Origin: Candidatus Marinacidobacterales bacterium | GTDB taxonomy: Bacteria > Acidobacteriota > Vicinamibacteria > Marinacidobacterales > SMYC01 | Reading direction: 5' to 3' | DNA length: 64,000 bases | NCBI GenBank assembly: GCA_965224085.1 | Contig: CBDCYI010000005.1 | Coordinates: 640,001 to 704,000, forward strand | Position numbers and translations under genes: made by a program | Notes under the pieces: generated by a model | The model's database searches: none | Told to the model about the DNA's origin: nothing | Seen by the model: the letters and a program-made list of their open reading frames with translations, nothing else | Shown here: in pieces, positions 22,023 to 31,947 of the stretch | Layout: the number at the start of each line of letters is the position of its first letter | Numbering within the stretch: the first letter of the stretch is position 1

Positions 22023-22736
22023 ATGAAGCCGAGCTCGAAAACCTACTTCGACTCGATCGCGCGGGGCTTCGCGCGACAGTACGAGACCGGCGACCCCATC
22101 TTTCGCGAGCGTTACGAAGTATGGACGGCGACGATCGATCGCTACCTGGAACGTCTCGAGGGTGGGCTTCTATGTCTGGACCTCGGCTGCGGCCCCGGCC
22201 TGTTCAGCCTTCACGTGGCTCGACGGGGGTATCGAACGCTCGGCATTGATCAGTCCGAGGTGATGGTGACATTGGCCCGCGCGAACGCACAGGAGGCGGG
22301 ACTCGAAGGCTCCCTGGAGTTCCGTATCGGCGAGCTGCCCGTCTCGACGGCGCGGGACGAATCGCTACAGAATCGCGCCGGATTGCTGTTGTGCTCGAGC
22401 GTGCTGGAATATATCGAGGACCCGGACGCGTTCGCGCGCTCCTTTCGTGAGCTTCTGGCTCCGCAAGGGGTCGCCCTGGTATCCGTTCCCAACCGGGAGG
22501 CTCGCTACCGCAGGTACGAGCGGCTGAGGAGCCGACTTCGCGCGAAGCGTCAGTCTTGTTTGAGATGGCATCGACACCTGTTCGGGCTCACAGAGGCGCG
22601 AGCGATGCTCGAGCGTAATGGACTCCGGTTGCTCGAGCATCGCTATCTTGGACCGCCTCCGCTCGCTCTGGTCTTTGGACGACAGCCTGGGCCGAGCGTC
22701 TCGACCATGATCCTATTGATAGCCGAGCTGGCTTGA
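22023..22736 (+). CDS. Class I SAM-dependent methyltransferase
   Basis: LDLGCGPG, CSSVLEY, VSVPN. Confidence 0.88.
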   Translation: MKPSSKTYFDSIARGFARQYETGDPIFRERYEVWTATIDRYLERLEGGLLCLDLGCGPGLFSLHVARRGYRTLGIDQSEVMVTLARANAQEAGLEGSLEFRIGELPVSTARDESLQNRAGLLLCSSVLEYIEDPDAFARSFRELLAPQGVALVSVPNREARYRRYERLRSRLRAKRQSCLRWHRHLFGLTEARAMLERNGLRLLEHRYLGPPPLALVFGRQPGPSVSTMILLIAELA

Positions 22737-22942
22737 TTGATTTACGTCCTCAGACGATGAGCTTCGGAAAGGTTAGGCCGCCGCGGGCGCCAAGTAGCCT
22801 TGAGCGCGCACAACTCAGCGAGGATCCGGCACGCCTTCCAGCAGTCCTCGCCGAGGCGGCCGAGTCGAGCCGAACTTCAGTACAATGCCCCTAATGCTTT
22901 CGAATCCATCGCGACACGGGTAAAGGAGTTAACGGCCCGCGC

Positions 22943-25051
22943 GTGCGCATTTCGGAATTTCTGAGACGCGGCTCGGCATACATCCGCCGAGTTTCACCCC
23001 GCGAAGCCCCATCGGGGATACGTCACCATCTTTCCAGGGCGGTACGCCTGGCCCGAAGCCGCCGGGACTTCCGACGCGGAACCGCTTCCGTGACGGAAAC
23101 GGAACTGGCCGGCGCGCTACTTCCTTACACGGTTACAGATGTGGCGAAGAGCCTTGGGCGACGAGCGCCGGGAGTCGCCGCCCTGGACGCCGACGCTCGC
23201 CGTCAGTTTTTCAAGGAAGTCGCGAAGCGCTACCCATCGATTACAAGGCGCATCATCTCCCAGGCCAACGATGCCTGCGCGCACCGCTTCGACGTGTTGG
23301 GTTCAGGTCCTGTGGAACTCGGTGAAAACATCGACTGGTCTTGCGACTTCAAGACGGGATTTCGATGGCCCCAGGGGTTCTACTCAGACCTGGTCCCGGT
23401 TGACTTATCGAATCAAGCCGACGTGAAGGTGCCCTGGGAGCTGAGCCGCTGCCACCACTTCGTCACTTTAGGACAAGCCTATTGGCTCACTGGTGAAGGC
23501 CACTACGCTCGAGAGTTCAGAAACCAGCTCCGCTCCTGGATCGATACGAACCCTGTCATGGGCTCGATCAACTGGGTTAATGCCATGGAGCCGGCGATCC
23601 GGATCGTCAACTGGCTCTGGGCTTGCGCGCTCTTCCGGGACGCTCAAGAGTTTACGGAGTCGGACCGCAAGCGTCTGCTGGCGAGCGCTCTCGAACATTG
23701 TCGGTTCATCGTCGATAATCTGGAGTTGCTTCCCGGAAACCCGCCCGGAAACCATTACATCTGCAATCTAGTGGGGCTCCTTTACCTGGGGATTTTGCTT
23801 CCGGAGTTTCAAGAGGCGGGTCGGTGGCTCGACGTGGGTTTATCCGGCCTTCTTGGCGAGCTGGATAAACAGGTGCACCCGGATGGTGTGGATTACGAGT
23901 CGTCTACCGGCTACCACCGCTTGGTCACGGAGCTATTCGCTTCGGCCTTCCTACTCTGCCGCCAAAACGGCGTTACCGTGCCAAAGTCGGCATGGGAGCG
24001 GCTGGAGAAGATGGTCGAGTTCACCTTGTGGTACACACGGCCCGATGGACATTCTCCCCTACTCGGCGATGCCGATGATGGGCGCCTCCACAAATTGACG
24101 CCGGCCGAGCCCGACGACCATCGCCACCTGCTTGGAATGGGCGGCCCCCTATTCGAGCGACCGGACTTTTCCGCAGCTGCCGGAGAGACATCACACGAAG
24201 CAGCCTGGTGGTTTGGTGTCGACGGCGCGAACGCCTTTGCACCCTCGGCAACTGCGGCGAGCACCTCTGAGCTCGAATCGCGAGCTTTCCCTGACGGAGG
24301 CTTCTATGTAATGCGCAAAGACGACCGGTACTTGATCGCAGACTGTGGGCACCCTCTCGAGCACAGCGGGCACGCCCATAACGATACGTTGAGCTTCGAG
24401 CTCGCGGCCTTGGGGCGCTCGTGGATCGTGGACAGCGGAACCTATGTCTATACCGCCTCGCGTGAGTGGAGGAACCGATTCCGCTCGGCGCAAGCCCACA
24501 ACACCGTGATCATCGATGGCCTCGAGCTCAACACCATCGTACCAGACGAACTCTTCGACTTGGCGCGCGAGGCGCTCCCCATCGTACACCAGTGGGAGTC
24601 TACTAAAGCTTACGATCTCCTCGACGCGCAGCACAGCGGGTACGAGCGAATCGCCACGGGAATCGTCCACAGGCGACGCATCTACTTCGACAAGCACGAT
24701 GGATACTGGAGGCTCGAGGACTCCGTGACAGGCGGAGGTATCCACCGCATAAACGCCTTTTTGCACTTTGCGGCTGGGCTGCGCCTGGAGCATCAGACGC
24801 CCTCCTCTCACATCGTGGTCGGAGAGGGGCCGGCGGGGCTGGTGGTGGCCCTGGAGTCGACCAGCCCCACTTGCAAGCTGTCACTGCGGGAAGATTGGAT
24901 TTCGACGGAATACGGCCGGAAGTCTCCGGGTTATGTTTTGGAGCTCGAGATGAACGAGCACCTGCCGGTTAAGTGGAGCTGGCTGCTTCTACCCGTGGTC
25001 GACCGGAGCGTCATAAAGCTTCCCAATCGGCGATCGCTTCCCGCGTCATGA
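22943..25051 (+). CDS. Heparinase II/III family protein
   Basis: KVPWELSRCHH, GNHY, ESSTGYH, GDADDG, GHAHND.LSF, DSGTYVY, AHNT. Confidence 0.9.
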   Translation: MRISEFLRRGSAYIRRVSPREAPSGIRHHLSRAVRLARSRRDFRRGTASVTETELAGALLPYTVTDVAKSLGRRAPGVAALDADARRQFFKEVAKRYPSITRRIISQANDACAHRFDVLGSGPVELGENIDWSCDFKTGFRWPQGFYSDLVPVDLSNQADVKVPWELSRCHHFVTLGQAYWLTGEGHYAREFRNQLRSWIDTNPVMGSINWVNAMEPAIRIVNWLWACALFRDAQEFTESDRKRLLASALEHCRFIVDNLELLPGNPPGNHYICNLVGLLYLGILLPEFQEAGRWLDVGLSGLLGELDKQVHPDGVDYESSTGYHRLVTELFASAFLLCRQNGVTVPKSAWERLEKMVEFTLWYTRPDGHSPLLGDADDGRLHKLTPAEPDDHRHLLGMGGPLFERPDFSAAAGETSHEAAWWFGVDGANAFAPSATAASTSELESRAFPDGGFYVMRKDDRYLIADCGHPLEHSGHAHNDTLSFELAALGRSWIVDSGTYVYTASREWRNRFRSAQAHNTVIIDGLELNTIVPDELFDLAREALPIVHQWESTKAYDLLDAQHSGYERIATGIVHRRRIYFDKHDGYWRLEDSVTGGGIHRINAFLHFAAGLRLEHQTPSSHIVVGEGPAGLVVALESTSPTCKLSLREDWISTEYGRKSPGYVLELEMNEHLPVKWSWLLLPVVDRSVIKLPNRRSLPAS

Positions 25052-26403
25052 TGGAAGGAAAGCAGCGACGCCGGTTTGTCTATCTGGTCTCGGGTGGACT
25101 TGCCTCAACCGTTATTGACTCCCAGGTGATCACGGTCTTGCAGCGCATGGCTGAGCGTGGGATCGTCTTCGACCTGTTTATTTACCAGGTCAGACCGCAC
25201 GAGGGCGAACGAGCTGCCGCGTCGAGACGTCTGGCGGAGGTGCGGCGTCTGCTTCCCGGAAAGGTCCGTTTGTGGACGTGGCCCAATGTGCAGTTCCTAG
25301 TGAGGCGAACCATTGACGTCACCGAGTCGACCGAGAAGCCCGCCCAGCCTCGTGCAACCGGGTCGCTGGAGCGCATCCTCGGCGCCGTTCGTATAGAAGC
25401 GCTCAAGTGGAGAGGGCTCGTGATGCAGGCTGTGATTGTTGCCTGTGTAGCCCGGTCCATCTGGCGCCGTGAAGTCATCGTTCTTCACGCCCGCGGTGGG
25501 ACTTTCGACGTCGCCATGGGGTTGAAGCGCTGGTACTCTGGTTTTCGCGTCCTCGCGGACTTCAGGGGAGACGCCCCCGCCGAATACCTCTACAACGCTG
25601 CTAGGCACGGGCTCTCGCTGGACGATGCTAAGGTGCGACGTGAGCACACGCTGCTGCGAGAGCTGGACGGAAGGGTCCTGGTGGGCGCGGACGGTGTTCA
25701 CTGTGTCTCCCAGGCGCTCAAGAGCCACTTGGAGGGCGAGCACCAGGTAAGACGGGCGAGAATTCGCGTGGTGCCGGGTTTGGCGGACGAGGGAAAGTTC
25801 TATTTCGATGAGGAAGCACGCAAGCGAGTGAGGCAAGACCTTGGTCTGGAAGGCAAGAGTGTGTTCATTTACGCGGGCTCGATGTTGGCCTGGCAAGCAC
25901 CGCACGCGCTTCTGCGAGTGTGGAAGCACCTGAGCGGTCGACTCGCATCCGTTCAGCTCGTCCTTCTGACCCCCGAAGAAGATCGGGCAAGGATCCTGGC
26001 TCGGAGAGCGGGGCTCAGCGAAGGGCGGGGGTTGATCATCTGCTCGGCACACCACGATGACGTTCGAGGGTACCTCTCCGCGGCAGATGTGGGCTTGCTT
26101 CTTCGCGAAAGCCACCCGCTCAACCATGTAGCATCACCTACGAAGTTTGCGGAATACCTCTTGTGCGGACTGGCTGTTTTGATCAGTCGCGGCATCGGGG
26201 ATAGCGCTGAAATTGTTACGGGAGATGGCCTCGGCGTGATACTGGACAGTGACACGAACCTAGCCGAGGTGGAACGGAAGGCGGTGACCGCTATCCAGAT
26301 AGCTGATGACGGACGGCGCAAGGAACGAGCTCGTCGGGCGGCAGAGAAGCTCGGATTGCACACGCGTTTCGACTCCTGGGTTGCGCTGTACAAGCAACTG
26401 TGA
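25048..26403 (+). CDS. GT4-like glycosyltransferase
   Basis: YAGSMLAWQ, ADVGLLLR, SPTKFAEYLLCG. Confidence 0.88.
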   Translation: MMEGKQRRRFVYLVSGGLASTVIDSQVITVLQRMAERGIVFDLFIYQVRPHEGERAAASRRLAEVRRLLPGKVRLWTWPNVQFLVRRTIDVTESTEKPAQPRATGSLERILGAVRIEALKWRGLVMQAVIVACVARSIWRREVIVLHARGGTFDVAMGLKRWYSGFRVLADFRGDAPAEYLYNAARHGLSLDDAKVRREHTLLRELDGRVLVGADGVHCVSQALKSHLEGEHQVRRARIRVVPGLADEGKFYFDEEARKRVRQDLGLEGKSVFIYAGSMLAWQAPHALLRVWKHLSGRLASVQLVLLTPEEDRARILARRAGLSEGRGLIICSAHHDDVRGYLSAADVGLLLRESHPLNHVASPTKFAEYLLCGLAVLISRGIGDSAEIVTGDGLGVILDSDTNLAEVERKAVTAIQIADDGRRKERARRAAEKLGLHTRFDSWVALYKQL

Positions 26404-26590
26404 GCGCTTGAATCGGAAGTCCTAAACGCGGTGGCGCTCGACTGCGCGAAAACGCCCTGGTCGCAAATAGATGACTTTCCGGGAGACCTATCCAGCCTGT
26501 CCGAGCGGTCCGCGTTTGGTGTCGGGGCGGCGATGTTCTCCTTGACGCCGCGTCAGGCTCTTTGCAAAATATGTGCGGAGTGCATGAGTC

Positions 26591-28007
26591 ATGATCCTCT
26601 TTTCAGGCGACTTCTTCAACGCTGCCGCTGCTGAGCCGCTAGTACGCTTCGGAGTGGCGACGGGAGTCCTCCTCTGGGGTCTACTGAGCCTTCGCGGAGG
26701 TAGGCCGGTCGCGGTCGTGCTTTTCGGGGCACTGCTTACCGGGCTTGTATACGGATACTGGATGATGGCGCTCCCTCGTCCCTACGGGATGCTCACCGAT
26801 CCTCATATCACCGAGCGCATGGCCACTGCCTCGGCCATCGCCTCCACCGGAGATCCCACTCAAACGAGCCACTCCAAAGATCCGAATCCACACCCTCTTC
26901 GGGACTGGGTGCTGGCGGTGCTCAACCCGGAACCGCGAACTTTAATGGCCGTTTTCCGTCTCGGGCCCGTCCTCCTCGCGCCTCTGCTCGCGCTGGTCCT
27001 TTAATGGATCCATCCCGCGAGGTCACACGCCTTGGTCACGTCGGTCAGCATTCTCCTCTTTTGGTCCGCTGGCTCTCAAATGCTTCCCGAGGAAGCCCTT
27101 CTCCCTCCCATTCTATTTTGGGGGGATCCCTGGGGCGGTCTGGGCTTGTGCGTGATGGTGGTAGGAGCGATGGCCCTGGATCATCGGTCGTGGTGGGTGC
27201 GAGTCCCCGTCGCGATTCTTTGTCTGCTCCTCGCTTGCTTTCTTGATTCTAATCTCAGTGTGGTTCTCTTCGCTTTTTGTTTTGGCGCGTTGTTGCTACA
27301 GGCTGTACCCCAGACTCGCGCAGATCGTTGGCCCGCTTTGGCACTCTCCCTGACCGCCATGGTCGTCCTGGTCGCGAAAGCGATGTTCTCGTCTCCGCCG
27401 GAGCTCTCCATCGAGAGAGCCGTTCTTGCGGACCTCTGGACCTGGGCCACGCTGGGGCAGCCTATTTGGGTGGCCCTCGCGATTCTTGCAGTGAAACGAA
27501 GACCCCTCTCCGAGCTGAGACCGGGCCATCGAATGTTAGCCGGCAGCGTCGCGCTCCTGCTGGCCCACGAGCTCGGTCTCTTTCCCATACCGCTCGGGTC
27601 AGTCTTGGCCACGTACCGCCTCGGCCTGATCTACACCGCCGCCCCCATGGTCTTTGAGTTCACCGCGGCCTTGGGTCGCCGATTGTTCTCGAATGTCCCT
27701 CCTGAGCGAAGCTTCATCCGCAGCCAAGCTGTGATTCTCGTTGTCGCCGGGGTCCTTTCGCCACTAATACGCCTTCAGCCCGTTCTTGATGGATGAAGAT
27801 TATCGATTGGGCTGTCAGCCGATGTCCTTGAGCCAAGTCGGCGCGGCTCAGAGGGTCCACGAAAATACGCCTCCCGATGCGGTTCTTGTGGCGGACACGG
27901 ACCTTGCTCCGATTCTTAGCTATCGTTGGGGACGTCGGCTGCTCCGCACCAACAGGCTCCCGGAAAGGCCAGATGACCTTCCGCATTTGGTGACGAAGAG
28001 CCCTTAA
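26591..28007 (+). pseudogene. Multi-TM protein, paralog of 1-1458; in-frame stop at 27002-27004 and frameshift near 27790
   Basis: Shared motifs RPYG and TPPDAVLVA..GRRLL across three ORF pieces. Confidence 0.65.
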
Positions 28008-28040
28008 GTCAATCCGTAATCCTCCAGGGGCCATCCGCTT

Positions 28041-28443
28041 CTAGGTTTTGAAACGCTCACAGGCTTCCAGAAGCTCCGTCCAGGTGCGGGTGGCGTTTTC
28101 TAAAGAGTATTCGTACGATCGTTCCTTTCGAATCTGCAGGGCGTTCAACGACAGCCGGCGACGGAGCTCCGGGTCGGTGAGTAGGCGTTTGATGCTTCGC
28201 GCAAATCCATCGATGTCCCCCACCGGTACCAGCAAAGCATTGTGCTCATGTTTCGCCACCATCTTGATGTCTCCATCGTCGGGTACGATGCACGGCAAGC
28301 CGCAACTCATGGCTTCGATCATGGCCATGGGAAGCCCTTCCGCTTCGGAAGTCATGATAAAGACCTTGGCCTGCGGAAAGAAGGGATAGACGTCCTCGTG
28401 CTCTCCGAGAAAGTCGATGCTGCGCTCGATGCCAAGCTCTTGC
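28041..28443 (-). pseudogene. 3' fragment of a GT4 glycosyltransferase
   Basis: SEAEGLPMAMIEAMSCGLP; N-terminal domain missing. Confidence 0.85.
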
Positions 28444-28494
28444 CAATGCATTCGGGAAACTTCGTGTTTTCCAAAACCACCCGGAGGTCACTCT

Positions 28495-29139
28495 ATGAGT
28501 AACGAAAGCCCATCAAAGCCCACGAAGAAATGGGGCAACCGTCCGCCACTCCACAAGCGTCAATACATCGTCAACAAGCCCTTGCAATACCGGTTTATAG
28601 GCTTGTTGTTCACGATCTGGGGCGCCAATTCGCTGTTCTTCTCCATCGTGCTCTACCTTCTATTCGAAAGCCACATAGACCGGTTCTATGACCTCGTGCC
28701 CAAAGAAGGGATCTACCCGCTACTCACGATCCCCGCAATGCTCGCGTCTGCAGTGGCTTTCGTCTCGGTGTTCGGGGTCGTCGTGATCGGGATCATGGCG
28801 GTATTTATCAGCAATCAGATTGCCGGTCCTCTCCACCGGACGAAGCTCAGCTTGAATCGCATCATCGCGGGCGATTGGGCTTTCAACCTAAAATTCCGGG
28901 ATACGGATTTTCTCAACGATCTACCCCCTGTTTTTAATGCGATGCTGGACCACCTCCGGCAACGTTCGGCCTCCGAAATCGAGGACTTGAAGGCCATCGA
29001 AAGCGCCTCTTCGGATGACGAAGTGGTAGCCCTGGCGCGGAGAATGAGAGAGAGCAAAGAAACGCTTATCGGGATCGGCGCCGAGGGCCGTGTGAGCGAA
29101 GAGAAACATCAGGAGGTCGTTTCCGCCGCGGTTCATTGA
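28495..29139 (+). CDS. Two-TM protein with HAMP-like region
   Basis: KRQYIVNKPLQYRF, two TMs, SNQIAGPLHR..GD..FRDTD..FNAML. Confidence 0.7.
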   Translation: MSNESPSKPTKKWGNRPPLHKRQYIVNKPLQYRFIGLLFTIWGANSLFFSIVLYLLFESHIDRFYDLVPKEGIYPLLTIPAMLASAVAFVSVFGVVVIGIMAVFISNQIAGPLHRTKLSLNRIIAGDWAFNLKFRDTDFLNDLPPVFNAMLDHLRQRSASEIEDLKAIESASSDDEVVALARRMRESKETLIGIGAEGRVSEEKHQEVVSAAVH

Positions 29140-30596
29140 AAAGTCGACGACGCGCTGGGACCGGAAGGGTATTTTGTCGTATGATTGGGGCTTCCAAAAA
29201 CTCGAAGGCGACCAGTGCCTCTGACGGGCCCATGACCAAACGCAAAGACGCCGCTCTCTTCGACGAAAATGCCACCCATGGTGAGCTTCTCGGCGTCGAC
29301 CCGAGTCAGGTTCGAAGGAAAATTCGACGCAAGGCGGACACGGCCGATCGCGGCAGCCTTTTGACATCGACAGACTTGTTCGGCGACATCATCGACGACT
29401 TCAGCTCGGTGGAATCGGAGCCCGTCTCCGGGGACGCGCCCGTTCAAACCCCTTCCGAGCGGAAAGAGCGGGCGGAGGACAAGAAGGAGCTCGGCGCGAT
29501 GGAAGCGGCCGCAGAATTGCTCGGCGCCGATACCGATCCTTATCAAGGGTCGCCGCCCGCGAGGGAGGACCAATATTCGCTCCTCGACGCCGCCTACTCC
29601 ACGCTGCTCAAAGACGAGAAGCTGCAGAAAAATGTCGAGCGGCTCGACAAGTTCGCCGACGACGATTCGCAGCGCGATGAAAGCTCCGACTACGGTGAAT
29701 ATGTTCTGCTCGACCGTGTCGCCACGGGCGGGATGGCGGAGGTTTTCCGGGCCAAGCGAAAGGGCGTCGAGGGATTCGAGAAGATCGTCGCTGTCAAACG
29801 TATCCTCCCGCATATGTCAAACAATCCGGATTTCGTCGAGATGTTCATCGCCGAAGCGAAGATAGTCGCTTCGCTCACCCATCCGAACATCGCGCAGATT
29901 TTCTATCTGGGAAAGATCGCCGCTAGCTACTACATCGCGATGGAGTTCGTGGAAGGCAGGGACCTCCGGACGATTCTGAGTCGCGCCGGCGATCGCGACA
30001 CGCACCTCGGTGTCGATCTCGCAGCTACCATTGCGCCCAAAGTCTGCGCGGCGCTCGAATATGCCCATCGCCACAAAGACGAACAGGGAAAAGAGCTCCG
30101 AATCGTCCATCGTGACGTGAGCCCTCAGAATATCCTCGTTTCGAACGAGGGGGAAGTGAAGCTTGTCGATTTCGGAATCGCGCGGGCCGCCACTAAGGCC
30201 TCGCACACGGATAGCGGCTCGCTCCGCGGGAAGCTTCTCTACATGTCTCCGGAGCAGGCGTGGGGCAAGACACTGGATCGTCGCTCCGATATTTTTTCGC
30301 TCGGGTCGGTGCTCTACGAAGCACTCACGGGACACCCGCTCTTCAGCGGCAACTCGGAGATGAGCGTTATCGAGAGAGTTCGAGATGCGCAGTTCCTTTC
30401 GCCGTCCTCGTTGAACCCGGCCGTTCCCATTGAAATCGAAGCTATCGTGACGCGAGCGTTGCAGAAGAATCCCGACCAGCGTTATCAGGACGCTGCGGAA
30501 ATGCTTCTGGATTTGGACACGTACTTGAGGTATCGGCCCGCCGTGGGCTCGAGCGAGCTGGCTCGGTTCATCGGCGGACTCTTCGAAGAGAAATGA
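29136..30596 (+). CDS. Hanks-type Ser/Thr protein kinase (start uncertain)
   Basis: GGMAEV, VAVK, HRDVSPQN, DFG, YMSPEQ, DIFSLG. Confidence 0.92.
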   Translation: MKSRRRAGTGRVFCRMIGASKNSKATSASDGPMTKRKDAALFDENATHGELLGVDPSQVRRKIRRKADTADRGSLLTSTDLFGDIIDDFSSVESEPVSGDAPVQTPSERKERAEDKKELGAMEAAAELLGADTDPYQGSPPAREDQYSLLDAAYSTLLKDEKLQKNVERLDKFADDDSQRDESSDYGEYVLLDRVATGGMAEVFRAKRKGVEGFEKIVAVKRILPHMSNNPDFVEMFIAEAKIVASLTHPNIAQIFYLGKIAASYYIAMEFVEGRDLRTILSRAGDRDTHLGVDLAATIAPKVCAALEYAHRHKDEQGKELRIVHRDVSPQNILVSNEGEVKLVDFGIARAATKASHTDSGSLRGKLLYMSPEQAWGKTLDRRSDIFSLGSVLYEALTGHPLFSGNSEMSVIERVRDAQFLSPSSLNPAVPIEIEAIVTRALQKNPDQRYQDAAEMLLDLDTYLRYRPAVGSSELARFIGGLFEEK

Positions 30597-30648
30597 GACT
30601 TGTGCGAGGGCGAGTGGTTCATTCGAAACCGTCCTAGGGAGTCATACG

Positions 30649-30903
30649 TTGTCTAGTGGAACCAATCAAGACATGGCGCCTCTGACCCAAGAGGAGGCTG
30701 CAATCTTCGAAAGGCGCCTTCTAATGGCGCGGAGTCAGCTCGACGAGATCGAAGCTCAAATCGAGCGCGAGCTTGCCGACGTGCGGGAGCGCATCAGCGC
30801 GCTGCAGGAAAAACGAGCCGCCTCACTAAAGGTATACGACGCTGCGTGCACGATGCTCGGCATCGAGAACGAGCACGAAACCGAGCCTGCAGTCGCTAGT
30901 TGA
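30649..30903 (+). CDS. Small coiled-coil hypothetical protein
   Basis: RBS-like GGGAG, heptad-rich, co-oriented with neighbours. Confidence 0.55.
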   Translation: MSSGTNQDMAPLTQEEAAIFERRLLMARSQLDEIEAQIERELADVRERISALQEKRAASLKVYDAACTMLGIENEHETEPAVAS

Positions 30904-30904
30904 A

Positions 30905-30980
30905 CCCGCCTACCCGCCTACGCCCTTCGGGCTACGGCGAGGCGAGGCGCCCGCCTCGACGAAGCGTTGGCGAAGTCGGG
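30905..30980. repeat. REP-like palindromic intergenic element
   Basis: Hairpin CGCC-TA-C-GCCC-TTC-GGGC-TA-C-GGCG followed by a second GC hairpin. Confidence 0.5.
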
Positions 30981-31035
30981 CAGTCGGGTCCTTGACCCCC
31001 CTTAGATGCGGTTGCTAGGATCCTGGGCTAACGTT

Positions 31036-31947
31036 ATGAGTTGGTTCAAGAAGGAAAAGGCTCCGCTGGCACCGATCCAGCAAAGCCGGATGCCGGAGGG
31101 GCTCTGGACCAAGTGCCGCGAATGTTCGGAAATCCTCTACACGAAGGAGATCGTTCGAAATCTGAGTGTCTGCCCCAAGTGCAACTACCACATAGGCCTC
31201 AGCTCGGTGGAGCGCGCGAAATCGATTCTTGATGACGAGAGATTCGAAGAGATAGAGACCGGTCTCCTTTCGAACGACCCGCTCTCCTTCTACGACACCA
31301 AGAATTACGGCGACCGGCTCAGCCGCAGCAAGAAATCGACTGGCCTTGATGATGCCGTTCTCATCGCTCGCGGGTGCATCGACGAAGTCCCCGTTGTGCT
31401 CGCGGCCATGGAATATGGTTTCATCGGTGGAAGCATGGGCGTTGTTGTCGGCGAAAAGATCACGAGAGCCATCGAGCACGCTCTCGAAGAGCGCGCGCCG
31501 CTCATCATCGTGTCACGGTCCGGAGGAGCGCGCATGCAAGAAGGGGCTATCTCCCTCATGCAGATGGCCAAGATCAGCGCGGCGCTCGCGCGTCTCGACG
31601 ACGCGAAGGTCCCCTACATCTCCATCCTCACCGATCCCACCACCGGAGGCGTGACGGCGAGCTTCGCGATGCTCGGAGATCTCAACATTGCCGAACCCAA
31701 GGCTTTGATCGGATTTGCCGGCCCACGCGTGATCGAGCAAACCATCCGCCAGGCTCTGCCTCCGGGTTTTCAGCGCTCCGAATATCTACTCGAGCACGGT
31801 ATGCTCGACATGATCGTCGAGCGCAAGGACATGCGGGGAACGCTCGGAAGAATGCTGCGCTTCTTCACACACTCGGCGAAGCCTGCCACTGGTAGCGGCT
31901 CGGCCGCCGAGACGTCGAGGGTCCGCAAGGAAGAGTCCGTTTCTTGA
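31036..31947 (+). CDS. accD: Acetyl-CoA carboxylase carboxyltransferase beta subunit
   Basis: Cys4 zinc finger, FIGGSMG, SGGARMQEG, DPTTGGVTASFA. Confidence 0.96.
   Translation: MSWFKKEKAPLAPIQQSRMPEGLWTKCRECSEILYTKEIVRNLSVCPKCNYHIGLSSVERAKSILDDERFEEIETGLLSNDPLSFYDTKNYGDRLSRSKKSTGLDDAVLIARGCIDEVPVVLAAMEYGFIGGSMGVVVGEKITRAIEHALEERAPLIIVSRSGGARMQEGAISLMQMAKISAALARLDDAKVPYISILTDPTTGGVTASFAMLGDLNIAEPKALIGFAGPRVIEQTIRQALPPGFQRSEYLLEHGMLDMIVERKDMRGTLGRMLRFFTHSAKPATGSGSAAETSRVRKEESVS

Noticed and set aside
28463-28480. CGTGTTTTCCAAAACCAC, 14/18 to the 50646 end site, near a junction
   Set aside because: It lies 20 bp from the breakpoint and has no partner; could be chance.
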